From: Bacteroides uniformis
Lineage (GTDB): Bacteria > Bacillota > Clostridia > Oscillospirales > Acutalibacteraceae
NCBI GenBank assembly: GCA_963611165.1
Contig: CAVDQG010000003.1
Coordinates: forward strand, 17,827 to 81,826
Length of the DNA stretch: 64,000 bases
Reading direction: 5' to 3'
Within the stretch, counting starts at the first letter, position 1; each line of letters opens with the position of its first letter. Below the pieces are notes generated by a model. It did no database searches, was not told where the DNA came from, and saw only the letters and a program-made list of their open reading frames with translations. The position numbers and the translations under genes are program-made. Shown piece after piece: positions 44,813 through 54,758 of this stretch.

Positions 44813-45802
44813 ATGAAAATAGGAAATTTGGAAATTAACGGTCAGGCGATACTCGCTCCCATGGCTGGGGCTACCGACTCGACCTTCAGAAAAATATGCT
44901 CGGATTTCGGCTCGGCTTACACCGTCACGGAAATGGTGTCGTCAAAGGCGATAACTTTCGGTCAGAAGAACACATATGAAATTATGAATCTCGAAGGGGA
45001 CAATCACCCCGTTTCCATTCAGCTTTTCGGAGACGATCCGTTCACCTTTGCCCGTGCGGCAAAAAAGGCTATGGAGTTCGGCCCCGATATGATTGATATA
45101 AATATGGGCTGTCCTGTACCGAAAATTGCAGGAAACGGCTCGGGAAGCGCATTGATGAAAAGACCCGACCTTTGCGGAAACATCGTGAGGGCGGTAAAGG
45201 AAGCTGTTCCCGTGCCTGTCACAGTTAAAATTCGCAAGGGCTGGGACGAAAACAGCGTGAATGCCGTTGAGGTTGCGAAAATTTGCGAGGAGGCAGGAGC
45301 CGATGCGATTGCCGTTCACGGCAGAACAAGAGCTCAGATGTATGAGCCGCCCGCAGACTGGGAGATAATCAGACTTGTCAAAAATGCGGTCAAGATTCCC
45401 GTTATCGGAAACGGTGACGTAAAGGACGCTGTTTCAGCCGCACTTATGATAGACAAAACGGCGTGCGATGCGGTTATGATAGGAAGAGCGGCTCTCGGTA
45501 ATCCTTGGATTTTCAGAGAGATCAACGCTTGTCTTCGTGAGGACGTGAGAATTATGCCGCCGCCCTCCGTGGAAGAAAAAATCATCGTGATAAGAAAGCA
45601 CATCGGCTTGATGTGCGAAGAAAAGGGCGAGATGCGTGCGATGAAAGAGGCAAGAAAGCATGTCGGCTGGTATATGCACGGCTTAAGAAATGCTGCCGAA
45701 TTCAGAAGAAGAGCGGGTTATCTTTCGACTCTTTCCGAGCTTGACGAATTACTCAGGGATGTTTACATAGAGAACAAAAGAACAGACGAAGACGGAGAAT
45801 AA
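44813..45802 (+). CDS. dus: tRNA-dihydrouridine synthase
   Basis: It has LAPMAGATDSTFR and a TIM-barrel FMN fold. I chose Met 44813 (MKIGNLEING) because the listed N-terminal extension from 44621 runs through hairpins and a terminator. Confidence 0.85.
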   Translation: MKIGNLEINGQAILAPMAGATDSTFRKICSDFGSAYTVTEMVSSKAITFGQKNTYEIMNLEGDNHPVSIQLFGDDPFTFARAAKKAMEFGPDMIDINMGCPVPKIAGNGSGSALMKRPDLCGNIVRAVKEAVPVPVTVKIRKGWDENSVNAVEVAKICEEAGADAIAVHGRTRAQMYEPPADWEIIRLVKNAVKIPVIGNGDVKDAVSAALMIDKTACDAVMIGRAALGNPWIFREINACLREDVRIMPPPSVEEKIIVIRKHIGLMCEEKGEMRAMKEARKHVGWYMHGLRNAAEFRRRAGYLSTLSELDELLRDVYIENKRTDEDGE

Positions 45803-45804
45803 AA

Positions 45805-48399
45805 ATGAAGCTGCTTGTTATAGACGGAAACAGTATAGCGAACCGTGCTTTTTACGGAATAAAACTGCTCACAACAAAAAACGGTGAGTACACAAATGCA
45901 ATTTACGGTTTCCTTTCGATAGTCAATAAAATAAAATCGGAGCTTGAGCCTGACGGAATTGCCGTTGCGTTCGACGTGCACGCACCGACTTTCAGACACA
46001 AAGTGTATGCAGGATATAAGGCAGGAAGAAAGCCTATGCCCGAGGAGCTCTCGTCCCAGATGCCGATTTTGAAGGAACTTCTTTCTTATCTCGGCTGTAC
46101 GGTTGTTTCTCTCGAGGGCTATGAAGCTGACGATATTCTCGGAACTCTTGCCAAGAAATGCGAGAGCACGGGTGACATATGCTATATCGCAACGGGAGAC
46201 AGAGACAGCTTGCAGTTAGTCTCCGATGTAACGACTGTAAGACTTGCAACGACAAAATTCGGCAAAAGCACCGTCACGCTCTATGATACCGAGATGATTA
46301 AGGAGACTTACGGCGTAACTCCGCCTCAGCTTATCGATATCAAGGCCATTCAGGGCGATACCTCCGATAAAATCCCCGGTGCGGCTGGAATAGGCGAAAA
46401 GGGCGCAAAGGAGCTGATTTCAAAATTCGGTTCGGTAGAATATATCTACTCTCACATTGACGAGATAGACATCAAGCCGAAAACAAAGGAAAAACTTCTT
46501 GCCTCCAAGGATACGGTGGAATTATCGTATTTCCTCGGAAAAATCAACACGAATGTTCCGATTGACACCGAGATAGAAAATTACCGCTTAAAGCCGATTG
46601 ATATGCCGAAGGCATCGGCTCTAATGACAAGGCTGGAGCTTTTCAAGCTTATGGAGCAGATGAATATCACCTTGGGAGCGGTAAATCCTGTTGAGGCTGA
46701 GGAAGAAGACAAGACGGAATATGTTTTCAAAACTCTCTCGGACGGTGCGTCTTTGCTTGCGATGACGGCTGACGAGGGAAAGGCTTATTTCATAAACGAC
46801 TATGACGACAGCGGTGAAATAATCGGGATGTATTTTGTTGTCGGCGAAACGGTGTATTCCTTTAAGCCGAGCGATATTTTCCTTAGAAGCTTTTGCGAAA
46901 ATAAGTCGATAGAAAAATACACCAACGATATCAAGCTTTTCCACAAGGTACTTCTTAAAAAAGATATTTCTCTCGAGAATATTAAAATGGACAGCTCTTT
47001 GGCGGCTTATCTTCTCAATCCGTCAGAGAAAAAGCAGAAAATCACACGCTTTGAAAAGCTAATCCGACTTGAAGCCGAATACGGCATTTCCGTTCCGTCA
47101 TCAGAAAATGAAAATGCGGCGGCAGTCGCAGTGTTTCCCAAGCTTTGCGATAAGCTCAAAAAGGTAATTGACGAGAGAAATCAGTCGGAGCTTCTGGAGA
47201 AAATAGAAATTCCTTTCTCGCTTGTTTTGGCGGCAATGGAGATTGAGGGCGTCATGGTAAACCGTGACGACATTGTTTCCTACGGAGAAAAGCTGAAGAC
47301 GAGAAAAGACGAGCTTGAAGCGAAAATCAAGGAGCAGACGGGCGACATCAATCTCAATTCTCCCAAGCAGCTGGGAACGGTTCTTTTTGAGGATATGGGC
47401 TTGCCGCACGGCAAGAAAACAAAAACGGGATATTCCACGGACGCATCTGTTCTTGAGCCGTTAAAGTGGGATTATCCGATAGTTGCCGATATTCTCGAAT
47501 ACAAGGCTCTCGGAAAGCTATATTCCACATATGTGGAGGGACTTCTTAAGGTTATCGGCGAGGACGGAAGAATTCATTCCACCTTTAACCAGACGGAGAC
47601 GAGAACGGGAAGAATAAGCTCGACAAATCCGAATTTACAGAATATCCCCGTGAGAACGGAGCTCGGCAGAGAGATGAGAAAATTCTTTGTTGCAAAGGAA
47701 AATCACGTGCTTGTCGACGCCGACTACTCACAGATTGAGCTGAGAGTTTTGGCTCATGTCGCAAACGATGAGGTTATGATAGAAAGCTTTGTCGGCGGCA
47801 AGGATATTCACAGAGCGACTGCGGCAAAGGTTTTCGGCTTGCCCGAGGAGATGGTCACGCCGCAGATGAGATCGAGTGCAAAGGCTGTTAATTTCGGTAT
47901 TGTCTACGGAATCGGCGCATTCTCGCTTTCCAAGGATATCGGTGTCAGCGTGAGAGAGGCGAAGGCTTATATTGAGGAGTATCTCAAAAACTTCAGCGGC
48001 GTCCGTGATTACATGGAAAGGGTGATAAGCGACGCCAAGAAGAATGGCTATGTCGAGGATATTTTCGGCAGAAGAAGATATTTGCCCGAGCTTTCAAGCT
48101 CAAATGCAATCGCAAGAGCCGCAGGAGAGAGAATCGCAAGAAACATGCCGATTCAGGGTGCCGCAGCAGATATAATCAAAATCGCCATGATTAAGGTTTA
48201 TGCACGCTTAAAGGAAGAGAAGCTTGAAGCTAAGCTTATTTTACAGATTCACGATGAGCTTATCGTCGAGTGCCCCGAGAGCGAAGCAGAGACAGTTAAG
48301 AAAATTCTCGAAGAAGAAATGTCGGGTGCCGTGAATATGGCAGTTCCGATGACGGCGGACGCACACATCGGAAAAACATGGTATCAGGCAAAGGGATAA
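45805..48399 (+). CDS. polA: DNA polymerase I
   Basis: 864 aa with a 5'-nuclease domain and pol motifs A (DYSQIELR), B (RSSAKAVNFGIVYG) and C (QIHDEL). Confidence 0.95.
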   Translation: MKLLVIDGNSIANRAFYGIKLLTTKNGEYTNAIYGFLSIVNKIKSELEPDGIAVAFDVHAPTFRHKVYAGYKAGRKPMPEELSSQMPILKELLSYLGCTVVSLEGYEADDILGTLAKKCESTGDICYIATGDRDSLQLVSDVTTVRLATTKFGKSTVTLYDTEMIKETYGVTPPQLIDIKAIQGDTSDKIPGAAGIGEKGAKELISKFGSVEYIYSHIDEIDIKPKTKEKLLASKDTVELSYFLGKINTNVPIDTEIENYRLKPIDMPKASALMTRLELFKLMEQMNITLGAVNPVEAEEEDKTEYVFKTLSDGASLLAMTADEGKAYFINDYDDSGEIIGMYFVVGETVYSFKPSDIFLRSFCENKSIEKYTNDIKLFHKVLLKKDISLENIKMDSSLAAYLLNPSEKKQKITRFEKLIRLEAEYGISVPSSENENAAAVAVFPKLCDKLKKVIDERNQSELLEKIEIPFSLVLAAMEIEGVMVNRDDIVSYGEKLKTRKDELEAKIKEQTGDINLNSPKQLGTVLFEDMGLPHGKKTKTGYSTDASVLEPLKWDYPIVADILEYKALGKLYSTYVEGLLKVIGEDGRIHSTFNQTETRTGRISSTNPNLQNIPVRTELGREMRKFFVAKENHVLVDADYSQIELRVLAHVANDEVMIESFVGGKDIHRATAAKVFGLPEEMVTPQMRSSAKAVNFGIVYGIGAFSLSKDIGVSVREAKAYIEEYLKNFSGVRDYMERVISDAKKNGYVEDIFGRRRYLPELSSSNAIARAAGERIARNMPIQGAAADIIKIAMIKVYARLKEEKLEAKLILQIHDELIVECPESEAETVKKILEEEMSGAVNMAVPMTADAHIGKTWYQAKG

Positions 48400-48411
48400 G
48401 GCGGAACAATT

Positions 48412-49233
48412 ATGAATAAACCTATACTTTTTTGCTGTCCCGTTTGCGGATGCGGCTTGTCGGAGCAGGGAAATTCCCTCGTCTGCGAAAATGAAGAAAA
48501 AAAGCATTCTTTTGACCTTGCGAGACAAGGCTATGTTCATCTTGTGAAGTCAAACAAAATGCACTCGAAAAATCCGGGCGACACCGCACTAATGGTAAAT
48601 TCAAGAAGAGAATTTTTGGATGCAGGCTATTACGGAATTTTTGCCGATAAGCTTTTGGAGCTTGTGGAAAAATATTCTGCGGAAACCCCCGTGATTCTCG
48701 ACTGCGGAAGCGGTGAGGGGTACTACACCGCAAAGCTTGCTTCCGCTTTTGACGGAGTGCACGGATTTGATATTTCAAAGCTTGCCGTAAAGGCGGCTGC
48801 CGGAAAATACAAGACAATAAATTTTGCGGTGGCAAGCGTGTTTGATATTCCATTTTCGGACGAAAGAGTCGATGTTTTGACGGATGTTTTCTCTCCGCTT
48901 GCCGAAAAGGAATTTTTGAGGGTTCTTAAAAAAGGCGGAGTTTTCATTTATGCCGTTCCGGGAGAAAGGCATTTGTGGGGACTCAAAGAGGTTCTCTATG
49001 AGAATCCTTACGAAAACGAGCACAAGGATACTGATTATGACGGCTTTTCTCTTTTGGAGAGGGTGAGCGTTAAGGGAAATATTCACCTTGACGAAAACCG
49101 CCAAATTATGAATCTTTTCAGCATGACGCCGTATTACTGGAAAACCGATGTTTCGGGAAGCGAGAGGCTTAAAAAGCTTGATTCGCTCGATACCGAAATT
49201 CACTTTGATTTTCTTGTTTACAGAAAGGACTAA
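48412..49233 (+). CDS. rlmA: 23S rRNA (guanine-N1)-methyltransferase, RlmA family
   Basis: It has an N-terminal Zn-ribbon (CPVCG...LVCENEEKKHSFDLARQGYVHL) and a SAM motif (LDCGSGEGYY). Confidence 0.75.
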   Translation: MNKPILFCCPVCGCGLSEQGNSLVCENEEKKHSFDLARQGYVHLVKSNKMHSKNPGDTALMVNSRREFLDAGYYGIFADKLLELVEKYSAETPVILDCGSGEGYYTAKLASAFDGVHGFDISKLAVKAAAGKYKTINFAVASVFDIPFSDERVDVLTDVFSPLAEKEFLRVLKKGGVFIYAVPGERHLWGLKEVLYENPYENEHKDTDYDGFSLLERVSVKGNIHLDENRQIMNLFSMTPYYWKTDVSGSERLKKLDSLDTEIHFDFLVYRKD

Positions 49234-49234
49234 A

Positions 49235-49759
49235 ATGGAGCTTTTTGATTTGATGTACTCGAGAAGGAGTATCCGCAAATATACCGATGAAAAAATAACA
49301 GAGGAAAAGCTTGAGAAAATAGTCAAGTCGGGACTTCTCGGGGCTACGGGCAGAAACACCCACTCACCCGAATTTATAGTCGTAACAGATAAGACTGTAC
49401 TCGAAAAGCTCTCTCACGCAAGAGTCGGTGCGGCAAAAATGCTCGTCGATGCTTCGGCGGCGATAGTCACGCTCGGCAATGAGGAAAAAACGGATACTTT
49501 TGTGGAGGACGCTTCCATCGCACTCGAAAATATGCATCTCACGGCTTTTTCACTGGGCGTCGGCTCGTGCTGGATTCAGGGCAAGGGAAGAGAGGCTGAA
49601 AACGGCGAGAGCACCGAAGATTATGTCCGCTCAGTTCTTGGTTTTCCGAAAAACTTAAAGCTGATTGCGATTTTGTCGCTCGGAATACCCAGTGAATTCC
49701 CGAAAGCTTACACGGATGACAATATAGATTTTTCCCGTGTTCACAGGGAGAAATACTGA
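49235..49759 (+). CDS. Nitroreductase-family protein
   Basis: MELFDLMYSRRSIRKY N-terminus. The ATG lies directly after the rlmA stop. Confidence 0.75.
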   Translation: MELFDLMYSRRSIRKYTDEKITEEKLEKIVKSGLLGATGRNTHSPEFIVVTDKTVLEKLSHARVGAAKMLVDASAAIVTLGNEEKTDTFVEDASIALENMHLTAFSLGVGSCWIQGKGREAENGESTEDYVRSVLGFPKNLKLIAILSLGIPSEFPKAYTDDNIDFSRVHREKY

Positions 49760-49940
49760 GATTTAAAATAAAAACGAAAATCGGCGTTGGTTTTGAAATC
49801 ACGCCGATTTTTTGTGTGCCTGAAGTTTGTTCTTTGCGGTAAATTGCTTGTATTTGACAATTTGCTATGTTATTATTTAACTGACGAAAGTTGCGATTTG
49901 AAGCCAAGCGGCTTTTTGAAAAGAAGGTAGATTAAGAATA

Positions 49941-50375
49941 ATGATTAAGGTGTTATTTGTTTGCACGGGCAACACCTGCCGCAGTCCCATGGCTGAGGGA
50001 ATTTTCAGGGCGATGCTGCGTGCGGACGGAAATGAAAACATAATGTGCCAAAGTGCGGGAATTGCGGCTTTGCCGGGACAGGATGCGGCAGAAAATGCAA
50101 TTAAAGCTATGGCAGAGGAAAATATAGATATTTCTTCGCACGAATCAAGAAGAATCACTCCCGAGGAGATTATGACATGGGATGTGTATTTTGTAATGAG
50201 CGAAACTCACGGATACATTCTCGAGAAGGCCGGTGTGCCGAGAGACAGAATCTACGTGGGCGAAACAATAGACGATCCTTTTGGCGGTGACATTGAGGTT
50301 TATCGCAAATGCAGAGACGACATCAAGCGTGCGGTCTCCGATTTTTACGGAAAGCTGAAGGCTTACGCTTCATGA
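49941..50375 (+). CDS. Low-molecular-weight protein phosphatase (Tyr/Arg)
   Basis: It has the CTGNTCRSPMAE P-loop and a DP motif. Confidence 0.85.
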   Translation: MIKVLFVCTGNTCRSPMAEGIFRAMLRADGNENIMCQSAGIAALPGQDAAENAIKAMAEENIDISSHESRRITPEEIMTWDVYFVMSETHGYILEKAGVPRDRIYVGETIDDPFGGDIEVYRKCRDDIKRAVSDFYGKLKAYAS

Positions 50376-50803
50376 CGGAAATAATGCGTGAGGAACACAT
50401 AAAAGCGGTGGCACGGCTTGAAAGAGAGTGCTTTTCCGAGCCGTGGAGCGAAAAATCTCTGCTTGACGAAATTGATAATCCCGACGCTTATTTTATAGTT
50501 GAAACGGAGAACGGAGAAGTAGTCGGCTATGCCGGCATGCACACTCCTTGCGGAGACTGCTATGTCGATAATATTGCCGTTTTTGAGAAGCATCGGGGCA
50601 AGGGCTATGGCGAGAGGCTCACTCTTTCGCTTATCGAAAAAGCAAGAGAGCTCGGTGATTTTATTTCTCTTGAGGTGAGACAGTCCAACGCTCCCGCAAT
50701 CGGACTTTACGAAAAGCTTGGCTTTTCGGCGGTCGGAAAGAGGAAAAATTTCTACACATCCCCACGGGAGGATGCTGTTATCTATACAAAGTTTTTTAAT
50801 TAA
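50372..50803 (+). CDS. rimI: Ribosomal-protein-alanine N-acetyltransferase
   Basis: GNAT fold (HRGKGYGERL). It has an ATGA overlap with the upstream gene and lies upstream of tsaD. Confidence 0.75.
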   Translation: MTEIMREEHIKAVARLERECFSEPWSEKSLLDEIDNPDAYFIVETENGEVVGYAGMHTPCGDCYVDNIAVFEKHRGKGYGERLTLSLIEKARELGDFISLEVRQSNAPAIGLYEKLGFSAVGKRKNFYTSPREDAVIYTKFFN

Positions 50804-50817
50804 GGAGAGAAAAAAGA

Positions 50818-51828
50818 ATGTTGATTCTCGGAATTGAGAGCTCCTGTGACGAGACTGCCGCTTCGGTGGTCGAGGACGGCAGAAGGGTTCTCTCCAATAT
50901 AGTTGCAACTCAGGTTGAGGAGCACAAGCTTTACGGCGGTGTTGTTCCCGAGATTGCGTCAAGACGGCACAGCGAGGCAATCACGGGAGTTGTCCGTGAG
51001 GCGCTTTCAGCCGCTGACAAAACAATAGACGAAATCGATGCCATTGCCGTGACCTATGCGCCCGGACTTATCGGAGCACTTCTCGTAGGCGTGAACTTTG
51101 CAAAGGGACTTTCTCTTGCAAGCGGTAAGCCGCTTGTGCCGGTTCATCACCTGAGAGGTCATATCGCATCGAACTACATAACAAGCGAAGAGCTTGAGCC
51201 GCCGTTTCTCTGCTTGGTTGTGTCGGGCGGACACAGCCACATAATCAGCGTTGATTCTTACACCGAGCTTCATATTCTCGGCAGAACAAGGGACGATGCG
51301 GCAGGCGAGGCGTTTGATAAGGCGGCAAGAAGCATGGGAATGCCGTATCCCGGCGGAATTATGATGGATAAGGTGGCAGAAAACGGAAACCCGAACGCTT
51401 ATAAACTTCCACGACCGAGCGTAGCGGGCGCACCGCTTGATTTCTCTTTCTCGGGACTCAAGACGGCTGTCATAAACATCATCCACAATGCCGAGCAGAG
51501 GGGCGAGACAATAAATGTTCCCGATTTGTCGGCTTCTTACAGAAAGGCTGTTGTAGACAGCTTAACAGGCAATTTCGTTAAGGCGGCAGAGCAGACGGGT
51601 TACAAAAAGCTTGTAATTGCGGGCGGCGTTTCCGCAAACTCGCTTCTTAGAAGAAATATGGAGAAAATCTGTGAGCAGAGGGGCTGGGAGTTCTATCGTC
51701 CCGATCTTAAGTATACAGGCGACAATGCGGCAATGATTGCAAGTCAGGGCTACTATGAGTATCTTGCGGGAAATACCGCAGGGCTTGACCTCAACGCCTG
51801 CGCACAGCGATCAATCGATTTAGGCTGA
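50818..51828 (+). CDS. tsaD: tRNA N6-adenosine threonylcarbamoyltransferase
   Basis: 336 aa with GIESSCDETA, HHLRGH and VSGGHS motifs. Confidence 0.95.
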   Translation: MLILGIESSCDETAASVVEDGRRVLSNIVATQVEEHKLYGGVVPEIASRRHSEAITGVVREALSAADKTIDEIDAIAVTYAPGLIGALLVGVNFAKGLSLASGKPLVPVHHLRGHIASNYITSEELEPPFLCLVVSGGHSHIISVDSYTELHILGRTRDDAAGEAFDKAARSMGMPYPGGIMMDKVAENGNPNAYKLPRPSVAGAPLDFSFSGLKTAVINIIHNAEQRGETINVPDLSASYRKAVVDSLTGNFVKAAEQTGYKKLVIAGGVSANSLLRRNMEKICEQRGWEFYRPDLKYTGDNAAMIASQGYYEYLAGNTAGLDLNACAQRSIDLG

Positions 51829-51884
51829 TTCGGATTTTGTAGGATTTTACCGCAAGGTAATTTGAATATGTGAGAGGATAAAAA

Positions 51885-54527
51885 ATGAAGAGATTATCAA
51901 AGGTGTTTGTCCTTTTTGTGGCACTCGCTCTGACAATGACGGTTTGCTCGCCGATTGTCGAGAAGACGGGTGTGACGGCTGTGGCAGACTCGACATCAAT
52001 CAATTTTTACGGTGCTCTGAATGCACACACTCCGCTTTTGGCAACAGCCAAGGAAAACTCTCTTATCTATCAGAGAATAGGCAAAGGAACGACCGTGGAA
52101 ATTCTTTCCGAAACCGGAAACTATTACTACGTTAAAGTTGGCAGTCTGACGGGCTATCTCCCAAAGAACAGAGTTAATACATTCAATGCCAATTTGATAT
52201 CAAATGCCGATTTCAAGGTTGGTGCGGGACGTAGTTACAGGACGATAGCTTCGCTTTCTTCGGGAACAAATATATTTGTTATTTCAAAGAAAACAAACTG
52301 GAGCTATGTCATGTATAACGGACAGAAGGGATGGATTCCCAATTCCGCTATCAGAAGATACTCGATAAGCAAGGTTTCCACAGCTACCGACAGCGTGGCT
52401 ACCTTTAATGTCAAGGCAAGCGTTCGCAGTGCCGCATCGTCCGCCTCCGAAAGCCTTACTTATTGCGGAGTCGGCACACAGGTTAAGGTTCTTTCAGTCG
52501 GTGAGAGCTGGACGAGAGTTCAGGTCGATTCAAAGGTCGGCTATGTTTCCACCAACTACTTAAGACGAGGAAACGGATATGTTAAATCCGCAAATACAAA
52601 ATTAAGAGGCTCTGCTTCCGATACGGGAAGTGTTCTCTCGGTTCTTTACAGAGACGAAAGAATAACTATTGTAAATCAGGGCACCAAGTGGACTCAGGTT
52701 ATCGTAGGCGGAGTAAGAGGTTATATTCTTACAAGTGCCATTGCCAAGGATAAGGTTTATTCTATAAGCGGCTCTGCTTCTGCAACTCAGATTTACACCG
52801 TGACGGCTACTGTTCCGCTGAAGAGCGGAAAGGGCTCAGGCTCAACTCTTGCTACCCTCGAAAAGGGCGATACGGTCTATTATGTTTCACAGTCCGGCAG
52901 CTACTATCAGGTTAAGTCCGGCACAAAAACAGGCTACGTTCCTGCAAGCAAGGTAAAATACGGCAACGCAAAAATTCTTGCAAACGATACTCCCGTTAAG
53001 AGAGTGGCTGCCGCTTCGGGCGATACCATCCGCACATTAAGTCAGGGAACAAGAGTATGCGTTCTTTCAATAGTCAGAAGCTGGGCGAAGATTCAGATAG
53101 GTGAAATTACAGGCTATGTTCAGGTAGGACTTTACGAGAAGGACTACACCGCAAACACAGACATAAGCCCCGACAGCCGGCTTCTCTTCACAACAAAGGC
53201 AACAAAGCTTTATAAGAGCACAAGCTCATCATCGGGCACGATTGCAAGCCTTCCCAAGGGAACAATTCTCAATAAGGTTTGCAAGAGCTCAAGCGGCGCA
53301 TTCTATCAGGTTGTTGTCGCGGGCAGAATCGGTTATGTTTATGCAAAGGATATCAGCTACGGCAACGGTATCGTAAGAGCAAACGGCACTCAGCTTTTGA
53401 GCTCACCGAACGCATCTTCATCTGTTGTCAGAACACTCAGCAGATACAACAAAATCACCATTCTCAAGGAGAGCGGAGATTACTATTACATCACATACAG
53501 CGGAAAAACAGGCTATGTTCTCAAGCCGTTTGTCTGCAAGATAACAACGGGCTATTCTTTCTCGACTCTTGGGGCAAAGAAGCTTGTTATTAACGGAAAT
53601 CTTTACAGCAGTGCATCGACATCAAGTTCTGTTAAGACATCAATTTCAGGCGGTCAGAGCGTATATGTAATCGAGAACAGCGGTGATTTCTACAAGGTGG
53701 TTTACGGCAACAGAATAGGCTATGTCCACAAGGATGCGTTCAACCCTGTTTCATCGGGCAGAACAAACGCAGATCTTAAGCTTTATTCTTCAACCGATTC
53801 AAATCATTCGACTCTCGCATACATTCCGTCAGGCTCATCTGTTTCTATCGTCAAGGACTATGATGACAACTGGATGCAGATAAAATATGATGGCAAGACG
53901 GGTTATGTTCTCTCAACTTATATCGACAGAACAAACAGCTCCGATTACACATGGAGAAACGAGAACGGCTACTGGTTTGCTTACGATAAGGCAGGAAACC
54001 GTGTAAGAGATGTCTCCGATATCGTAAGCGGCCCTTACAAAATCGTTACCTACAAGTACCAGTGCATTACCGTTGTTTACGCAAGATCAAGCGACGGCAG
54101 TTACAATCTGCCCGTTAAGGCTATGATTTGCTCACCCGGATACGGCACTCCCGAGGGAACCTACTATTCGCCGTCAAGCTTCCGCTGGTTGCAGATGGTC
54201 GGTGATACTTATGCTCAGTGGTGCACCGATATTATCGGAAGCTACCTTTACCATACAGTTCCCGATTGGACTCTCAACAATCTCGACCTTGAGGTTGACG
54301 AGTTCAATTACCTCGGCTCTATCCGCTCACTCGGATGCATAAGACTTCTTGCTTCCGACTGCAAGTGGATTTATGACAACACGAGTGCGGGTCAGGAGAT
54401 TGAGATTACTCCGTACAACAATTCTCCTGTAAGCAAGCCTGCAAACATCTATGTTCCGAGCTGGCATTCTTGGGATCCGACAGATCCTACTGCTCACTAC
54501 AAGTGTCTCGAGAACGGATGTCACTAA
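51885..54527 (+). CDS. Secreted protein with about 10 SH3b repeats and a C-terminal L,D-transpeptidase (YkuD) domain
   Basis: It has a signal peptide. There are ten repeats of ~75 aa, each ending in G(Y/W)(V/I/L)xxxx(V/I/L/F). The C-terminal motif is GSIRSLGCIRL. Confidence 0.75.
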   Translation: MKRLSKVFVLFVALALTMTVCSPIVEKTGVTAVADSTSINFYGALNAHTPLLATAKENSLIYQRIGKGTTVEILSETGNYYYVKVGSLTGYLPKNRVNTFNANLISNADFKVGAGRSYRTIASLSSGTNIFVISKKTNWSYVMYNGQKGWIPNSAIRRYSISKVSTATDSVATFNVKASVRSAASSASESLTYCGVGTQVKVLSVGESWTRVQVDSKVGYVSTNYLRRGNGYVKSANTKLRGSASDTGSVLSVLYRDERITIVNQGTKWTQVIVGGVRGYILTSAIAKDKVYSISGSASATQIYTVTATVPLKSGKGSGSTLATLEKGDTVYYVSQSGSYYQVKSGTKTGYVPASKVKYGNAKILANDTPVKRVAAASGDTIRTLSQGTRVCVLSIVRSWAKIQIGEITGYVQVGLYEKDYTANTDISPDSRLLFTTKATKLYKSTSSSSGTIASLPKGTILNKVCKSSSGAFYQVVVAGRIGYVYAKDISYGNGIVRANGTQLLSSPNASSSVVRTLSRYNKITILKESGDYYYITYSGKTGYVLKPFVCKITTGYSFSTLGAKKLVINGNLYSSASTSSSVKTSISGGQSVYVIENSGDFYKVVYGNRIGYVHKDAFNPVSSGRTNADLKLYSSTDSNHSTLAYIPSGSSVSIVKDYDDNWMQIKYDGKTGYVLSTYIDRTNSSDYTWRNENGYWFAYDKAGNRVRDVSDIVSGPYKIVTYKYQCITVVYARSSDGSYNLPVKAMICSPGYGTPEGTYYSPSSFRWLQMVGDTYAQWCTDIIGSYLYHTVPDWTLNNLDLEVDEFNYLGSIRSLGCIRLLASDCKWIYDNTSAGQEIEITPYNNSPVSKPANIYVPSWHSWDPTDPTAHYKCLENGCH

Positions 54528-54558
54528 GTCAAGCAAAGTAAAATAGAATAAACGGATG

Positions 54559-54590
54559 AAGACGCTCTCAGAATTTGAGAGCGTCTTTTT
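54559..54590 (+). terminator. Rho-independent terminator
   Basis: aagacgctctca-gaatt-tgagagcgtctt followed by ttt. Confidence 0.75.
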
Positions 54591-54758
54591 GAATAATTTT
54601 ATGTCTTGAAATTCATAAACTCGGGCTTGATATATTGCAACGATAGTTTTTTTTATGTTACAATTATCAATTGTACGGATTTAACTAAGATTAGTGTGTA
54701 TCGATGAAAATCCTTACGGATAAAAAAGAGTAAATTACAACGAAGGGGAGAAATTTAA

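Noticed and set aside
48775-49359. 194-aa minus-strand ORF.
   Set aside because: It is antisense to rlmA and the nitroreductase gene.
50363-50980. 205-aa minus-strand ORF.
   Set aside because: It is antisense to rimI and tsaD.
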